From positions 60,001 through 92,000 of the forward strand of contig PRDJ01000010.1 in assembly GCA_003345555.1 (NCBI GenBank): a stretch of DNA of 32,000 nt, in the 5' to 3' direction. The stretch's first letter is position 1, and each line of letters opens with the position of its first letter. The notes beneath the pieces were generated by a model. That model saw only the letters and a list, made by a program, of their open reading frames with translations. It had not been told where the DNA came from and did not search any database. The translations under genes and the position numbers were made by a program. This document shows positions 7,923-16,714 of the stretch, in pieces. Origin of the DNA: Candidatus Thorarchaeota archaeon (GTDB lineage Archaea > Asgardarchaeota > Thorarchaeia > Thorarchaeales > Thorarchaeaceae).

Positions 7923-9056
7923 TCAGCTCAGCTTTGGCACTCCCAGTTCCCTTTTCAAATCCTCTGCTAGTGGTGTCACCGGCATAGACTCAGCATCAAA
8001 GATGTACGGTGAGCTGACGCCGGAGGCTATTATCGTGACTCTAATCCTATCCTCAAGCTCGGGTATTATGACAGCACCATAGATGATCTCAGCACCCGGA
8101 TTCACTTGTTCTGTCACGAGCTCGACCACGCGCTTCGCCTCCCTGAGCTGGAGGTCAGTACTGCCGCTTATGTTGATGAGAATGTTGTGTGCGTTTTCTA
8201 TCGAGACATCAATCAACGGGTTTCGCAATGCGTTATTCACTGCCTCTTCGACCCTGTTCTCGCCCTGCCCTTCGCCCAGAGCGATTATTGATACACCACC
8301 ATTCTTCATTGTCGTCCGCACATCTGCAAAGTCCAAGTTGACCAGGCCTGGCCTCGAGATGAGTTCTGAGATTCCTTTGACTGCACGTACTAGCACTTCA
8401 TCAGCTACCATGAAAGCTTCTGGAAGGGACAAGTCAGGAGCAATTTCGAGCAACTTCTCATTCGGGATAGCAATCAGAGTGTCCACATGCTCCATTAGGC
8501 TCTTGAGCCCTCTCATTGCATTGCTTTTCCGAATCGCGCCCTCGATTTCGAACGGAAGGCAGACGATTGCTACGGTAAGTGCACCATTTTCCTTTGCTGC
8601 TCTGGCAACGTGCCCGGATGCTCCAGTTCCTGTTCCACCGCCCATTCCAGCCGTGATGAATACCAAATCCGCTTTCACTGCGTCCTTGATCTGCTCATAT
8701 GATTCCTGCGCGGCTTTCTCACCAATATCGGGGTTGTTGCCGGCACCAAGGCCTCCACATGTCTCTCGGCCGAGTAGGAGCTTGTGGTGAGAATTGCAGT
8801 AGTACAGGTCTTGAGCATCTGTATTCATGGCCAGCGTTTCTGCTCCCTGAATTCCCACATCCATCAGACGAGTCACAGCATTGTTGCCTGCTCCGCCAAC
8901 TCCAACGACGAGTATCTTGGCTGTTGCAGACTCAAGAATGGATGCCAGTTCTTCATCAGTAATGGCGTCCTTGCTGGTCCTCCTTACCGGTCTCGTTCCC
9001 GGCAGGTCGCGTTTCGGTAGTGCTCCGCCTAGTACTTCTTCAAGCAGTGGGTGCAA
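7923..9056 (-). CDS. ftsZ: Cell division protein FtsZ (FtsZ1 context); probable TTG start near 9056
   Basis: GVGGAGNNAV, NTDAQDL, GAGNNP, GGGTGTG and NLDFADV motifs. Confidence 0.96.
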   Translation of the reverse strand: MHPLLEEVLGGALPKRDLPGTRPVRRTSKDAITDEELASILESATAKILVVGVGGAGNNAVTRLMDVGIQGAETLAMNTDAQDLYYCNSHHKLLLGRETCGGLGAGNNPDIGEKAAQESYEQIKDAVKADLVFITAGMGGGTGTGASGHVARAAKENGALTVAIVCLPFEIEGAIRKSNAMRGLKSLMEHVDTLIAIPNEKLLEIAPDLSLPEAFMVADEVLVRAVKGISELISRPGLVNLDFADVRTTMKNGGVSIIALGEGQGENRVEEAVNNALRNPLIDVSIENAHNILINISGSTDLQLREAKRVVELVTEQVNPGAEIIYGAVIIPELEDRIRVTIIASGVSSPYIFDAESMPVTPLAEDLKRELGVPKLS

Positions 9057-9141
9057 CTCTACAATACACCTTCTAGTCTCTACTATGATGTAGATATTAT
9101 CTGAAGAAAAAGTGGAATACTCTCGACGTATTACCCGCGCG

Positions 9142-10110
9142 CTACTTCCGCCTTGGTCTTTCCTGTCTTCCTGCCTTGAAGCTTCTGAGAATTGGCTCGA
9201 TAGATATCCCGTGCTTGTTGAGCAGCTTTGCGACTTCATCCAGTGTGGGTTGCCCGTTTTGCGCTCCAATCTTTGTAATCTTGAGAGCAGCTACGGCATT
9301 CGCCATGTGAAGTGCCTGTTCAATCTTCTCCAGTCTCGTCCATGACGTCAAGAAACCTGCGGCAAACGCATCTCCCGCACCGGTCGTGTCTGCAACAGGG
9401 ACGTCAAAGGCCCTTGACGTACAGAACTCAAAACCATCGGATGCTATCGCGCCCTCGCTCCCCATCTTTACAATGACTACGCCCGGAAAGGTTTTTGCCA
9501 AGCCTCGGACTTCACTCTCAGTCGGTTCCACCTTGAAGTACTCTCTGAGTTCGTGTTCATTTACGAAGAGCAGGTCAGTGTGGCGCAATACACTGAAGTA
9601 GTCAATCGTCTCGGCGGTTTTTCCGGGGTCTAGAGAAAGGACCATTCCTTCCGTTGTGGCAATCTCCGCGGCTTTACTGATGGTCATTGGCAGACCGCCC
9701 GCCACGTGTATCGTCCTAGCTCTTGCCAGATAGTCTTCCTCGAGCACATGCTTCTCTAAGAACCTGTTCGCACCGGGCTCAACCATGATTATGCGCTCAT
9801 CATTAGGGGCAGTAGCAATCACAAACACGCCGGTCGGTTGATCCGCCAATACGAGGATTGAATCTGTATCGACTCCGATTCTGGACAGCTCGCGAAGATA
9901 CAACTGGCCATATACGTCATCTCCCACACAGCACACAAGACCGGTCTTTACGCCGAGGCGTGCTGACTGAGCGGCGAAGTTCGCTGCCGAACCACCAAAC
10001 GAGACGTGGCCCTGTTGGCACATCAGGTGTTCGTTCTTTGCTGGAAGCCTTTCGACCTTGAGTAGCACGTCAATGTTCGCGCGTCCCACTGCAACAACTT
10101 CAAGGGACAA
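9142..10110 (-). CDS. PfkB-family carbohydrate/nucleoside kinase
   Basis: GGSAANFA and DTTGAGDAFAAGF PfkB signatures. Confidence 0.92.
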   Translation of the reverse strand: MSLEVVAVGRANIDVLLKVERLPAKNEHLMCQQGHVSFGGSAANFAAQSARLGVKTGLVCCVGDDVYGQLYLRELSRIGVDTDSILVLADQPTGVFVIATAPNDERIIMVEPGANRFLEKHVLEEDYLARARTIHVAGGLPMTISKAAEIATTEGMVLSLDPGKTAETIDYFSVLRHTDLLFVNEHELREYFKVEPTESEVRGLAKTFPGVVIVKMGSEGAIASDGFEFCTSRAFDVPVADTTGAGDAFAAGFLTSWTRLEKIEQALHMANAVAALKITKIGAQNGQPTLDEVAKLLNKHGISIEPILRSFKAGRQERPRRK

Positions 10111-10123
10111 GTGCAGATACCTC

Positions 10124-11047
10124 TTAGATAGTCAATGCAAGTATTGCTTTCTGGGCATGCAACCGGTTCTCTGCTTGGTCAAACACAACAGAATGGGCGC
10201 CGTCAAGGATTTCGCCGGTGATCTCCTCGTCACGATGAGCTGGGAGACAATGCATCACAATCACGTCTTTCTTTGCTCCTTCGACTAATCTGCTATTAAC
10301 TTGGAATGGCATCAGGGCCGTTTCCTTCTCCTTAGTCCTTTCCTGTCCCATGCTGAAGAAAGTATCAGTGTAGATCACGTCGGCATTCTTGACAGCATCG
10401 ATGGGGTTGTTTACGATTTGCAGGATCGTTCTGTGGTTCTGACTGAGATCCATTGCCCTTTTCGTAATCTCCTTGTTTGGCGTGTATCCCTTAGGCGACC
10501 CTATTGTCACGTTCATGCCTAGTATCGTACAGCCTTCCATTATGGAATTGCTCACGTTGTTGGAGTCCCCTACGTACGCAATCTTGAGCCCCTCAAGTTT
10601 CCCCTTGTGTTCCTCGATTGTCATCAAATCAGCCATTATCTGGCATGGATGCGAGGAATCGGTCAAACCATTGATTACAGGCACGGACGCGTACTTGGCC
10701 AGTTCAATGATATCGCTATGAGCAAACACTCTCGCCATGATTGCATCGCAGTATCTACTAAGTACCCGGGCCGTATCTGCGATAGTCTCACCACGGGCTA
10801 GCTGCATACCCCCTTGCTCAAGGTAGAGCGCGTGTCCTCCCAGTTGTGTCATTCCCACCTCGAACGAGACTCGGGTCCGCGTAGACGCCTTCATGAATAT
10901 CATGGCAAGAGACTTGCCCTTCAAGAGCTCGTGCGGCTTGCCGCCTTTGAGTTTGTTTTTCAGATCGTGCGCGGTGTTCAATATCGTTCTAAGATCCTGT
11001 CTCTCGAAATTATAAAGATCGATAAAGTCTCGACCCTTCAGACTCAA
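10124..11047 (-). CDS. argF: Ornithine carbamoyltransferase; probable TTG start at 11047
   Basis: STRTRVSFE, HPCQ and MHCLPAHR motifs; GAGGTG ribosome-binding site upstream. Confidence 0.95.
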   Translation of the reverse strand: MSLKGRDFIDLYNFERQDLRTILNTAHDLKNKLKGGKPHELLKGKSLAMIFMKASTRTRVSFEVGMTQLGGHALYLEQGGMQLARGETIADTARVLSRYCDAIMARVFAHSDIIELAKYASVPVINGLTDSSHPCQIMADLMTIEEHKGKLEGLKIAYVGDSNNVSNSIMEGCTILGMNVTIGSPKGYTPNKEITKRAMDLSQNHRTILQIVNNPIDAVKNADVIYTDTFFSMGQERTKEKETALMPFQVNSRLVEGAKKDVIVMHCLPAHRDEEITGEILDGAHSVVFDQAENRLHAQKAILALTI

Positions 11048-11114
11048 TAGAACCACCTCTGTGAAGAAACCCAACGCGGCTTCACAGGCACCCGGTAATA
11101 AAAGTGTTCACTGC

Positions 11115-12026
11115 CTACTTTTCTCCGATTAGTCTTCGGGCAAACCATTCAGGGTCAAACCGCTGGAGGTCGTCATAACTCTGCCCCGTGCCCACGTAAA
11201 CTATCGGTTTCCTGGTCACATAGACGATGGAAAGGGCCGAACCGCCCGACGGGTCTGCGTCAATCTTTGTCAGGATTGAGCCATCTATTCCAATAGCTTC
11301 ATTGAACTCCTTGGCTTGTGATAAGGCATCATTGCCAGTAAGCGCGTCTCCGACAAACAGCTTGAGGTCCGGTTCTGCAACTTTCGCGATTTTCGCCATC
11401 TCAGCTAGGAGGTTCTTGTTGCTCTGCATTCTCCCGGCAGTGTCAATCAATACGACGTTGATGTGCTTAGCTTTCGCATGAGCAACGGCATCGTAAGCTA
11501 CCGCGGCCGCATCCGACCCATATTCTTGCCTTATTACCTTTATACCCAGCTTCTGAGCATGCAGCTCGATTTGCTCGATGCTGCCCGCTCGGAATGTATC
11601 GCTCGCAGCGATGACAACCGAGAAACCGTTTTTCTTGTACAAGTTCGCGACCTTGGCAAGAGTGGTTGTCTTTCCAGTGCCGTTGACTCCGACAAACATG
11701 ACAGTAGTTGTATCGCCTTGATTCTTCTTTTCCGCTGCGAATTGTATGGGGTCTAGGGGGGCCTTCGGTGTTAGCACATCAAGTATGGATTCGTAAACCG
11801 CGCTTCTGAACAGCTTCGTGATGTTCTCGAGTCTGCCTGCTCTGCTTCCCAGGAGCTTTTTCTTAGTAAGCTCCGAGATATGCTCGGCTGCCTCCATTGC
11901 CACGTCATTTTGGATTAGCACGAGTTGCAGTTGCCAGACGGCATCGGTGAGGTTCTTCTCGTTCAGTTCTTTAGTGACAGCCTTCGCTATGGCAGAGTCC
12001 AAGGCACCCCGGAGCTTATCAAACAC
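11115..12026 (-). CDS. ftsY: Signal recognition particle receptor FtsY; GTG start at 12026 overlapping the pfdA stop
   Basis: GVNGTGKTTT, DTFRAG, DTAGR and TKID motifs; MFDKLR start. Confidence 0.96.
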   Translation of the reverse strand: MFDKLRGALDSAIAKAVTKELNEKNLTDAVWQLQLVLIQNDVAMEAAEHISELTKKKLLGSRAGRLENITKLFRSAVYESILDVLTPKAPLDPIQFAAEKKNQGDTTTVMFVGVNGTGKTTTLAKVANLYKKNGFSVVIAASDTFRAGSIEQIELHAQKLGIKVIRQEYGSDAAAVAYDAVAHAKAKHINVVLIDTAGRMQSNKNLLAEMAKIAKVAEPDLKLFVGDALTGNDALSQAKEFNEAIGIDGSILTKIDADPSGGSALSIVYVTRKPIVYVGTGQSYDDLQRFDPEWFARRLIGEK

Positions 12027-12462
12027 CCTTTGGCTCCTCCTGAGCCTGTTTCTGTGCAAGCTCCTGGAGTTGGGCATTCACGCTTGCGGCCTGCAAAACT
12101 ATGTTCTGATAGTCTTTGGCGAGCTGCGCATACTGCTGCTCCAGACTGGCAATATCCTCCCCCAGATCCCTTTTCGCGTCCTGCAAGCCCTGAGATATTC
12201 TAATGCTACTTCCGATATCTCGCGTGACCTCTCCTGGGTTTGCCAACTGAGCTTGGATGTACGCGTTGCCGCCAATGCTGATTAGCATCTCCTCCCCTCC
12301 CTGTTTCTTCTCCATCTCTTCAAGGACTGCTAATCCACTTCTGTAGTTTGAGAGCACGGCACGTAGCAGTTCCAAACGTTGCTGGACTGCTTCCATATTG
12401 GACTCAAGCACGCTCTGGTCTTCGAGGAGCTTCTGTGCGCGCCCCTGCACGTCCTCAGGCAT
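12019..12462 (-). CDS. pfdA: Prefoldin subunit alpha
   Basis: Coiled coil with central beta-hairpin (ISIGGNAYI, DIGSSI); conserved position between rplX and ftsY. Confidence 0.88.
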   Translation of the reverse strand: MPEDVQGRAQKLLEDQSVLESNMEAVQQRLELLRAVLSNYRSGLAVLEEMEKKQGGEEMLISIGGNAYIQAQLANPGEVTRDIGSSIRISQGLQDAKRDLGEDIASLEQQYAQLAKDYQNIVLQAASVNAQLQELAQKQAQEEPKGV

Positions 12463-12704
12463 TACTGAGCGCTCTCCACTCCGAGGCGTCTACGCAATTC
12501 GAGGCTCTTTACTTCGGCTGGCTTGAGTTGCTTGATTTCCGAGATCTCTATGTCCCTTCTCCTAATCCTGTGGCGACTGCCAATGTCAGAGAGGGTTCTC
12601 TCTCGAATGTGCGACTCTTTTTCCCCTATCAATTCCTTTGCAAACTTGAATGTATGTTTGTTTTTCCGGTATGTTCCGGTTACGGACCACGCTATCTCGT
12701 CCAT
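12462..12704 (-). CDS. rplX: 50S ribosomal protein L18Ae/LX (eL20)
   Basis: FAKELIG and SDIGSRHRIRR (GS.H..KR motif); synteny. Confidence 0.9.
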   Translation of the reverse strand: MDEIAWSVTGTYRKNKHTFKFAKELIGEKESHIRERTLSDIGSRHRIRRRDIEISEIKQLKPAEVKSLELRRRLGVESAQ

Positions 12705-12718
12705 TGAAGAACACCTCG

Positions 12719-13384
12719 CTAGACAAATCCGAGTACTTGGCTGATATGGGCAAGCTCAACACCAGTCGTGTCAGTGCCAGCTATCATGCCATCGCTGTTG
12801 GCCAATACTCCTAGTCTTGTATACGGACTGCCTCTGTTGACTGTTCCCACTTCAACATCAACTTTTAACAGCTCCGCTATCTGCTCAATCTCCTCAGTAG
12901 TAGCGAGTGGATGAACCACGGCACCGCGACTTGTCACCACTGTGTTCGCGCCAACAATCGGGAGTTTGGCCACGGTCCCGGGGACAACTTCGACTCCAAG
13001 AGTATCAGATATCTTGCGCCGGGCCTTGGCATCGAAGTCAGAGTGGCAGATTGCACCCTTGTCATTTGCCAAGATTATATTGCCCAATGCGGTCATCTTG
13101 TTGTCTATCCAGTCGACTCTGATGTCGCCATAGGTCTTGAGTCGCGCAAGCTCATCGCTCGTCACTGTATAGGGCAACAGCAGTCCATTTGAGTTCGCAA
13201 TACACATTATGCCTACTGCATCAAGTGTAGCTACAGTCGATTTCACCAATGGAAGCTTGAACGTATGGTTGATTGTTTCAAGCGATTTGTCTGACATTCG
13301 TGGAGATACCTGCACGAACTTGTCAGTGGCGATTCCAAAGACTCCAACGTTCGAATCGCCCTCGAAATCAGTCCGGGCGATCAC
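12719..13384 (-). CDS. eif6: Translation initiation factor 6
   Basis: GDSNVGVFG, GNIILAND and GTVNRGSP pentein repeats. Confidence 0.96.
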   Translation of the reverse strand: MIARTDFEGDSNVGVFGIATDKFVQVSPRMSDKSLETINHTFKLPLVKSTVATLDAVGIMCIANSNGLLLPYTVTSDELARLKTYGDIRVDWIDNKMTALGNIILANDKGAICHSDFDAKARRKISDTLGVEVVPGTVAKLPIVGANTVVTSRGAVVHPLATTEEIEQIAELLKVDVEVGTVNRGSPYTRLGVLANSDGMIAGTDTTGVELAHISQVLGFV

Positions 13385-13389
13385 GCGGG

Positions 13390-13821
13390 TTACGCCTCCG
13401 CCAGATAGACCTTCACTTCATTCTCAGAGTTTTTAGTAGCCCTGATCCTAAGCTTGCGTGGCGGTCTCTGGATCCCGCGAGCCCATATCCGTTCATTCAC
13501 TTCGGGCTGTATCAAGAGCCCCTCGGGCTTCATATGCCTCTGAACGAACTCCCTAAGAACTCTGACCTCTCTCTTAGCCCTGTTATGGCGGCTGCGAGCC
13601 CAGTACACTCTGCGGAAGGGCACAGTATAGATTCTCTCGTCGATAATCTCTTCTTCCGCCGGTTTCTCAGCCGGTGCAGCGGCTTCCTTCTCTTCCCTTT
13701 TCTCAGCTGGGGCCTCAGCTTCCTCTACCTTCTCAGCTGCTGCGGCAGTCTCCTTTTCAGGTTCTGGAGCTTCTGCTGGTTCTTCTTCAACCTTAGGTTG
13801 TTTCTTTCCTCGTTTGCTCAT
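13390..13821 (-). CDS. rpl31e: 50S ribosomal protein L31e with long acidic N-terminal extension
   Basis: ERIYTVPFR, NERIWARGIQRPPRKLRIRA. Confidence 0.95.
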   Translation of the reverse strand: MSKRGKKQPKVEEEPAEAPEPEKETAAAAEKVEEAEAPAEKREEKEAAAPAEKPAEEEIIDERIYTVPFRRVYWARSRHNRAKREVRVLREFVQRHMKPEGLLIQPEVNERIWARGIQRPPRKLRIRATKNSENEVKVYLAEA

Positions 13822-13835
13822 TGACAATCACCCGG

Positions 13836-13991
13836 CTAGGGCTTGATCTTCGCGTCACGCCAATGCCGCTGCGCTGGCGTTCTTCTGACCTTTCCACCGG
13901 TCCTCATCACCGCCCACGTCGGCACACTACTGTTGCTTCTCAATTCCTTCCCAAGCCTAAGCTTCTTTCCGAGTGTCTTGGATCTTGCCAT
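13836..13991 (-). CDS. rpl39e: 50S ribosomal protein L39e (51 aa; absent from the ORF track)
   Basis: Translated by hand: MARSKTLGKKLRLGKELRSNSSVPTWAVMRTGGKVRRTPAQRHWRDAKIKP. Confidence 0.95.
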   Translation of the reverse strand: MARSKTLGKKLRLGKELRSNSSVPTWAVMRTGGKVRRTPAQRHWRDAKIKP

Positions 13992-14015
13992 AGTAAACAC
14001 CTCTTTGCGGCAGCT

Positions 14016-14348
14016 TTACCTGAATGTAACTTTCCTTTCTCTTTCACGCCCTTGTATCTGAGCTAGCAATGCCCTTAGCTGCTCGTCGGTGACACGCTCC
14101 TTCAGCTTCCCAGCACTGGCGAGCTCAATGAGCTGCATCTCGAGCTGTTCGGCAAATTGGGGTCTCACCATTTTGATATTGGTGAGTCTTGAGCGAGCTT
14201 CAGGAGTGAGGATTTGCCGCAATATGCTCTCCTTCTTGGCCTCTCTGTCAGCAGACTGCTGCTCCTGAATCCGTTCCTGTAGCGCCTGGTCTCTCATAGC
14301 AGCGAGTTTCCTTTGACGAATGGCTTCGAGCTCTTCGTCGTCACTCAT
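14016..14348 (-). CDS. PDCD5-like DNA-binding protein (MTH1615 family)
   Basis: DEELEAIRQRKL, ILTPEARSRLTNI, LE.QLI.LA motifs; synteny after rps19e. Confidence 0.93.
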   Translation of the reverse strand: MSDDEELEAIRQRKLAAMRDQALQERIQEQQSADREAKKESILRQILTPEARSRLTNIKMVRPQFAEQLEMQLIELASAGKLKERVTDEQLRALLAQIQGRERERKVTFR

Positions 14349-14364
14349 TGAGACCAGTCCTCGT

Positions 14365-14817
14365 CTAGTACTTCTCAAGACTTGGTATTGCTTTTGACAG
14401 TTCAGTTTTCAATGCACCCGACAACTTATCCAAGTATGATCTGCCTATGTCAGTCATTTCGCGTCCTTTGCTGGCGCGTCTCTTGATGAAACCAGCTCTC
14501 TCGAGCTGCTGGATGCAGAGCCGAACTATCGATCCTCCGCCTTTTCTCTCTCTTGCCGGCTTATCGCCGCGTCTCTTTCTTCCACCGTATTCGATTCTGA
14601 GTCTCTCTACACCGATTGGCCCTTCGAGGTAAACCTTCCTGAGAACACTTGCACATCTAACATACCACCAGTCAGGGTCATCTGGAGCTCTCTCTCTTTG
14701 TACTCCTGTCTTTACGAAAGGAGCCCAATCGGGGGGCTGAATATCTTTCCTAGACCTGAGGTCTTGAGCCAAACGACGAATCAGGATGTTGGCGGGTATG
14801 TCATATACGGTGGGCAT
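14365..14817 (-). CDS. rps19e: 30S ribosomal protein S19e
   Basis: MPTVYDIPA, PDWAPFVKTG, DWWYVRCASVLRK, LQQLE-like IQQLE motif. Confidence 0.97.
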   Translation of the reverse strand: MPTVYDIPANILIRRLAQDLRSRKDIQPPDWAPFVKTGVQRERAPDDPDWWYVRCASVLRKVYLEGPIGVERLRIEYGGRKRRGDKPARERKGGGSIVRLCIQQLERAGFIKRRASKGREMTDIGRSYLDKLSGALKTELSKAIPSLEKY

Positions 14818-14984
14818 AGGTTCTGTCACCACATCCGACTGAGAAATGGCCACCAGACCCGGACTGGGCCGGTTGCCTATCTCAGAAGGCTGGCACTCCA
14901 CCCCTGAGAGCACATAAAAGCATTACCATCCGTAAGCATGACATTAACGCTCGAAAATCATCTTGGTCCAAACCGATGCGTCCA

Positions 14985-15281
14985 CTACTGCTTCTTTCCG
15001 ACAGGCATCGAGCGAACTCTGAACATGACGGCCGTGTTCCCTCTGATGCCAATCAGCTTTGCTCCTGCCTTCGCACACAGGTTCTCAAACAGGGCCTGCT
15101 TGGAGTCATTTTCCCCTACCGAGCTCCGAAGAAGTCGAACCTTTACGTACTTATGCTTCTTCAGGAGGCGCTTGGCTTCCTCAATCAGTCCGTCTGTCAC
15201 ACCTGACTTACCTACCTGCATCATAGCAGGATCTTGCCAAGCAATTCCAACCCTCACAGGGTCTGGTTTGTCCGAAGTCAT
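14985..15281 (-). CDS. YhbY/CRM-domain RNA-binding protein
   Basis: MQVGKSGVT, HKYVKVRLL and GIRGNTAV motifs; synteny with rnp4 and rps19e. Confidence 0.88.
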   Translation of the reverse strand: MTSDKPDPVRVGIAWQDPAMMQVGKSGVTDGLIEEAKRLLKKHKYVKVRLLRSSVGENDSKQALFENLCAKAGAKLIGIRGNTAVMFRVRSMPVGKKQ

Positions 15282-15314
15282 ATCGTTCCGCCGTCCAGGA
15301 TGAAGGTCCGCTCA

Positions 15315-15641
15315 TTAAGGTTCTTGTCCGACCGGGAATCTTCTGATGGCTCCGCAGTTGAGACAGGTCACGGACACGTGAGTCGATCTGTTATGTCTCA
15401 GTCGAACTCTGGAGGTCTGCCCAGGGATGAGAACCGAACCACATTCCTTGCACAGTCTTCGGCTGATATGACGTGGTATCTTTACGCGTGTTCTCCGACC
15501 CAGCGCTTTAGCAATATTCATCCAGCGGCGTGCAAGCTCAGGTCTCGTCGTTGCCACACTGAGAGCTTGACCCCATAGAATCTCGATTCTTTCATGGGCC
15601 AGCTTTCTCATCTCGGCCTTTGGTGCAGTTCTCTTGGCCAT
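15315..15641 (-). CDS. rnp4: Ribonuclease P protein component 4 (Rpp21/Rpr2)
   Basis: AHERIEIL, CKEC...CLNC zinc ribbon, IRRFP. Confidence 0.93.
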   Translation of the reverse strand: MAKRTAPKAEMRKLAHERIEILWGQALSVATTRPELARRWMNIAKALGRRTRVKIPRHISRRLCKECGSVLIPGQTSRVRLRHNRSTHVSVTCLNCGAIRRFPVGQEP

Positions 15642-15700
15642 CAAGTCACGTCGAATACCCGAAGTGGGCATACTCCTTAAATCATTCGCCAGAAGGAGTT

Positions 15701-16432
15701 CTGAAGGCTAGCAAATTGCTTCACCTAGTGTTGTTGGAGTGCCCGCTCGAACTCATCCCACCAGAGCTGACCCGGCTCAAGGAGATACAGAGGTTTGCAT
15801 CACTGAAGGGCAAGAAACCTCAGGAGGTCTTACTCGATCAAAGCCACCACGGCCGATCGATGACGCGTCTTCAGGATTCTGACCGCCGTGGCAGGCCCGA
15901 TATTGTCTTTCTCAGCTTGATGTCAATCCTTGAGTCTCCTCTCTGCAAGGAAGGTCTGCTTACAATTCACCTCCATTTGCGCGATAATCGGATCGTGGAG
16001 GTAAAACCGGATGTCCGACTGCCGCGTAACTACGACCGATTCGTTGGACTTATGGAGCAGCTTCTAGGCCTTGGTTCGGTGCCACCGGAGGGGCCTGCTC
16101 TATTGAGGGTGATCGGTCAGGGGCTGTCTGAACTCCTCTCACAACTGCCTGAAGGCAGAGGAGATGCGCTCACAGTATTAGCTGTGGAGGATGGAAGGAA
16201 GACCACGATTGATGCTCTCGTATCGCTTTTTCCTGAGGATCCAAACGTGCCGGTCATTGTCGGAGTTGGTGCATTTCCTCATGGCGATTTCGATAAGGCC
16301 ATACCGCAACTGTTCGAGAATCACGTGAGTCTTTATGGTGAAATCATGATGGCATGGCATGTTTGCTCTGAGATGCTCTGGACCTATTCGTTGAGGACCG
16401 GAATCAGCCGGAAACAGTTCTCAAGCAAATAG
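15701..16432 (+). CDS. nep1: 16S rRNA pseudouridine N1-methyltransferase Nep1 (SPOUT); start at CTG 15701 or TTG 15716
   Basis: LLDQSHH, RGRPDIV, RLPRNYDRFVGLMEQL and VGAFPHGDF motifs. Confidence 0.93.
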   Translation: MKASKLLHLVLLECPLELIPPELTRLKEIQRFASLKGKKPQEVLLDQSHHGRSMTRLQDSDRRGRPDIVFLSLMSILESPLCKEGLLTIHLHLRDNRIVEVKPDVRLPRNYDRFVGLMEQLLGLGSVPPEGPALLRVIGQGLSELLSQLPEGRGDALTVLAVEDGRKTTIDALVSLFPEDPNVPVIVGVGAFPHGDFDKAIPQLFENHVSLYGEIMMAWHVCSEMLWTYSLRTGISRKQFSSK

Positions 16433-16470
16433 GACATGAAGGTTTCACTGAGGATTGCAGCAATGACCAT

Positions 16471-16484
16471 CGAATAACTTTAAA
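16471..16484 (+). promoter_or_regulatory. BRE/TATA promoter of tRNA-Gly(TCC)
   Basis: CGAATAAC-TTTAAA about 30 nt upstream of the tRNA. Confidence 0.6.
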
Positions 16485-16513
16485 TCACGCCGGCTGGCTT
16501 GGGCAGAAATGGA

Positions 16514-16636
16514 GCGTCTGTAGTCTAGTCACATTAGCTTGAAGACAACCCAACAGGCGGCTAATGAGAGACTAAGGGGCTATGATTGAGCCCTTCCAAG
16601 GCTCGGGCCCGGGTTCGATTCCCGGCAGACGCACCA
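16514..16636 (+). tRNA. tRNA-Gly(TCC) with 48-nt D-loop intron at 14/15 (16528-16575), encoded CCA
   Basis: Acceptor GCGTCTG/CAGACGC, anticodon arm GAGCC CT TCC AA GGCTC, T arm CCGGG TTCGATT CCCGG; intron removal restores D arm GTCT AGGGGCTA TGAT. Confidence 0.92.
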
Positions 16637-16714
16637 CCACCATGATATCATCCACTTCGGACTAGTTCTCAGAGTCTCTCGATGCTCTGGGCTCGGTCAC
16701 GATGAGGTGCTGAA

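Noticed and set aside
7923-9269. 448-aa FtsZ, and other ORF-track N-terminal extensions (rpl11 6771, ftsY 12077, rps19e 14913, nep1 15620, HDAC 4177)
   Set aside because: The extensions overlap neighbouring genes or promoters; downstream starts match family N-termini and ribosome-binding sites
16528-16575. tRNA-Gly introns as box C/D guide RNAs (UGAAGA resembles box C)
   Set aside because: The only D-like boxes are CUAA rather than CUGA, so a K-turn is not supported
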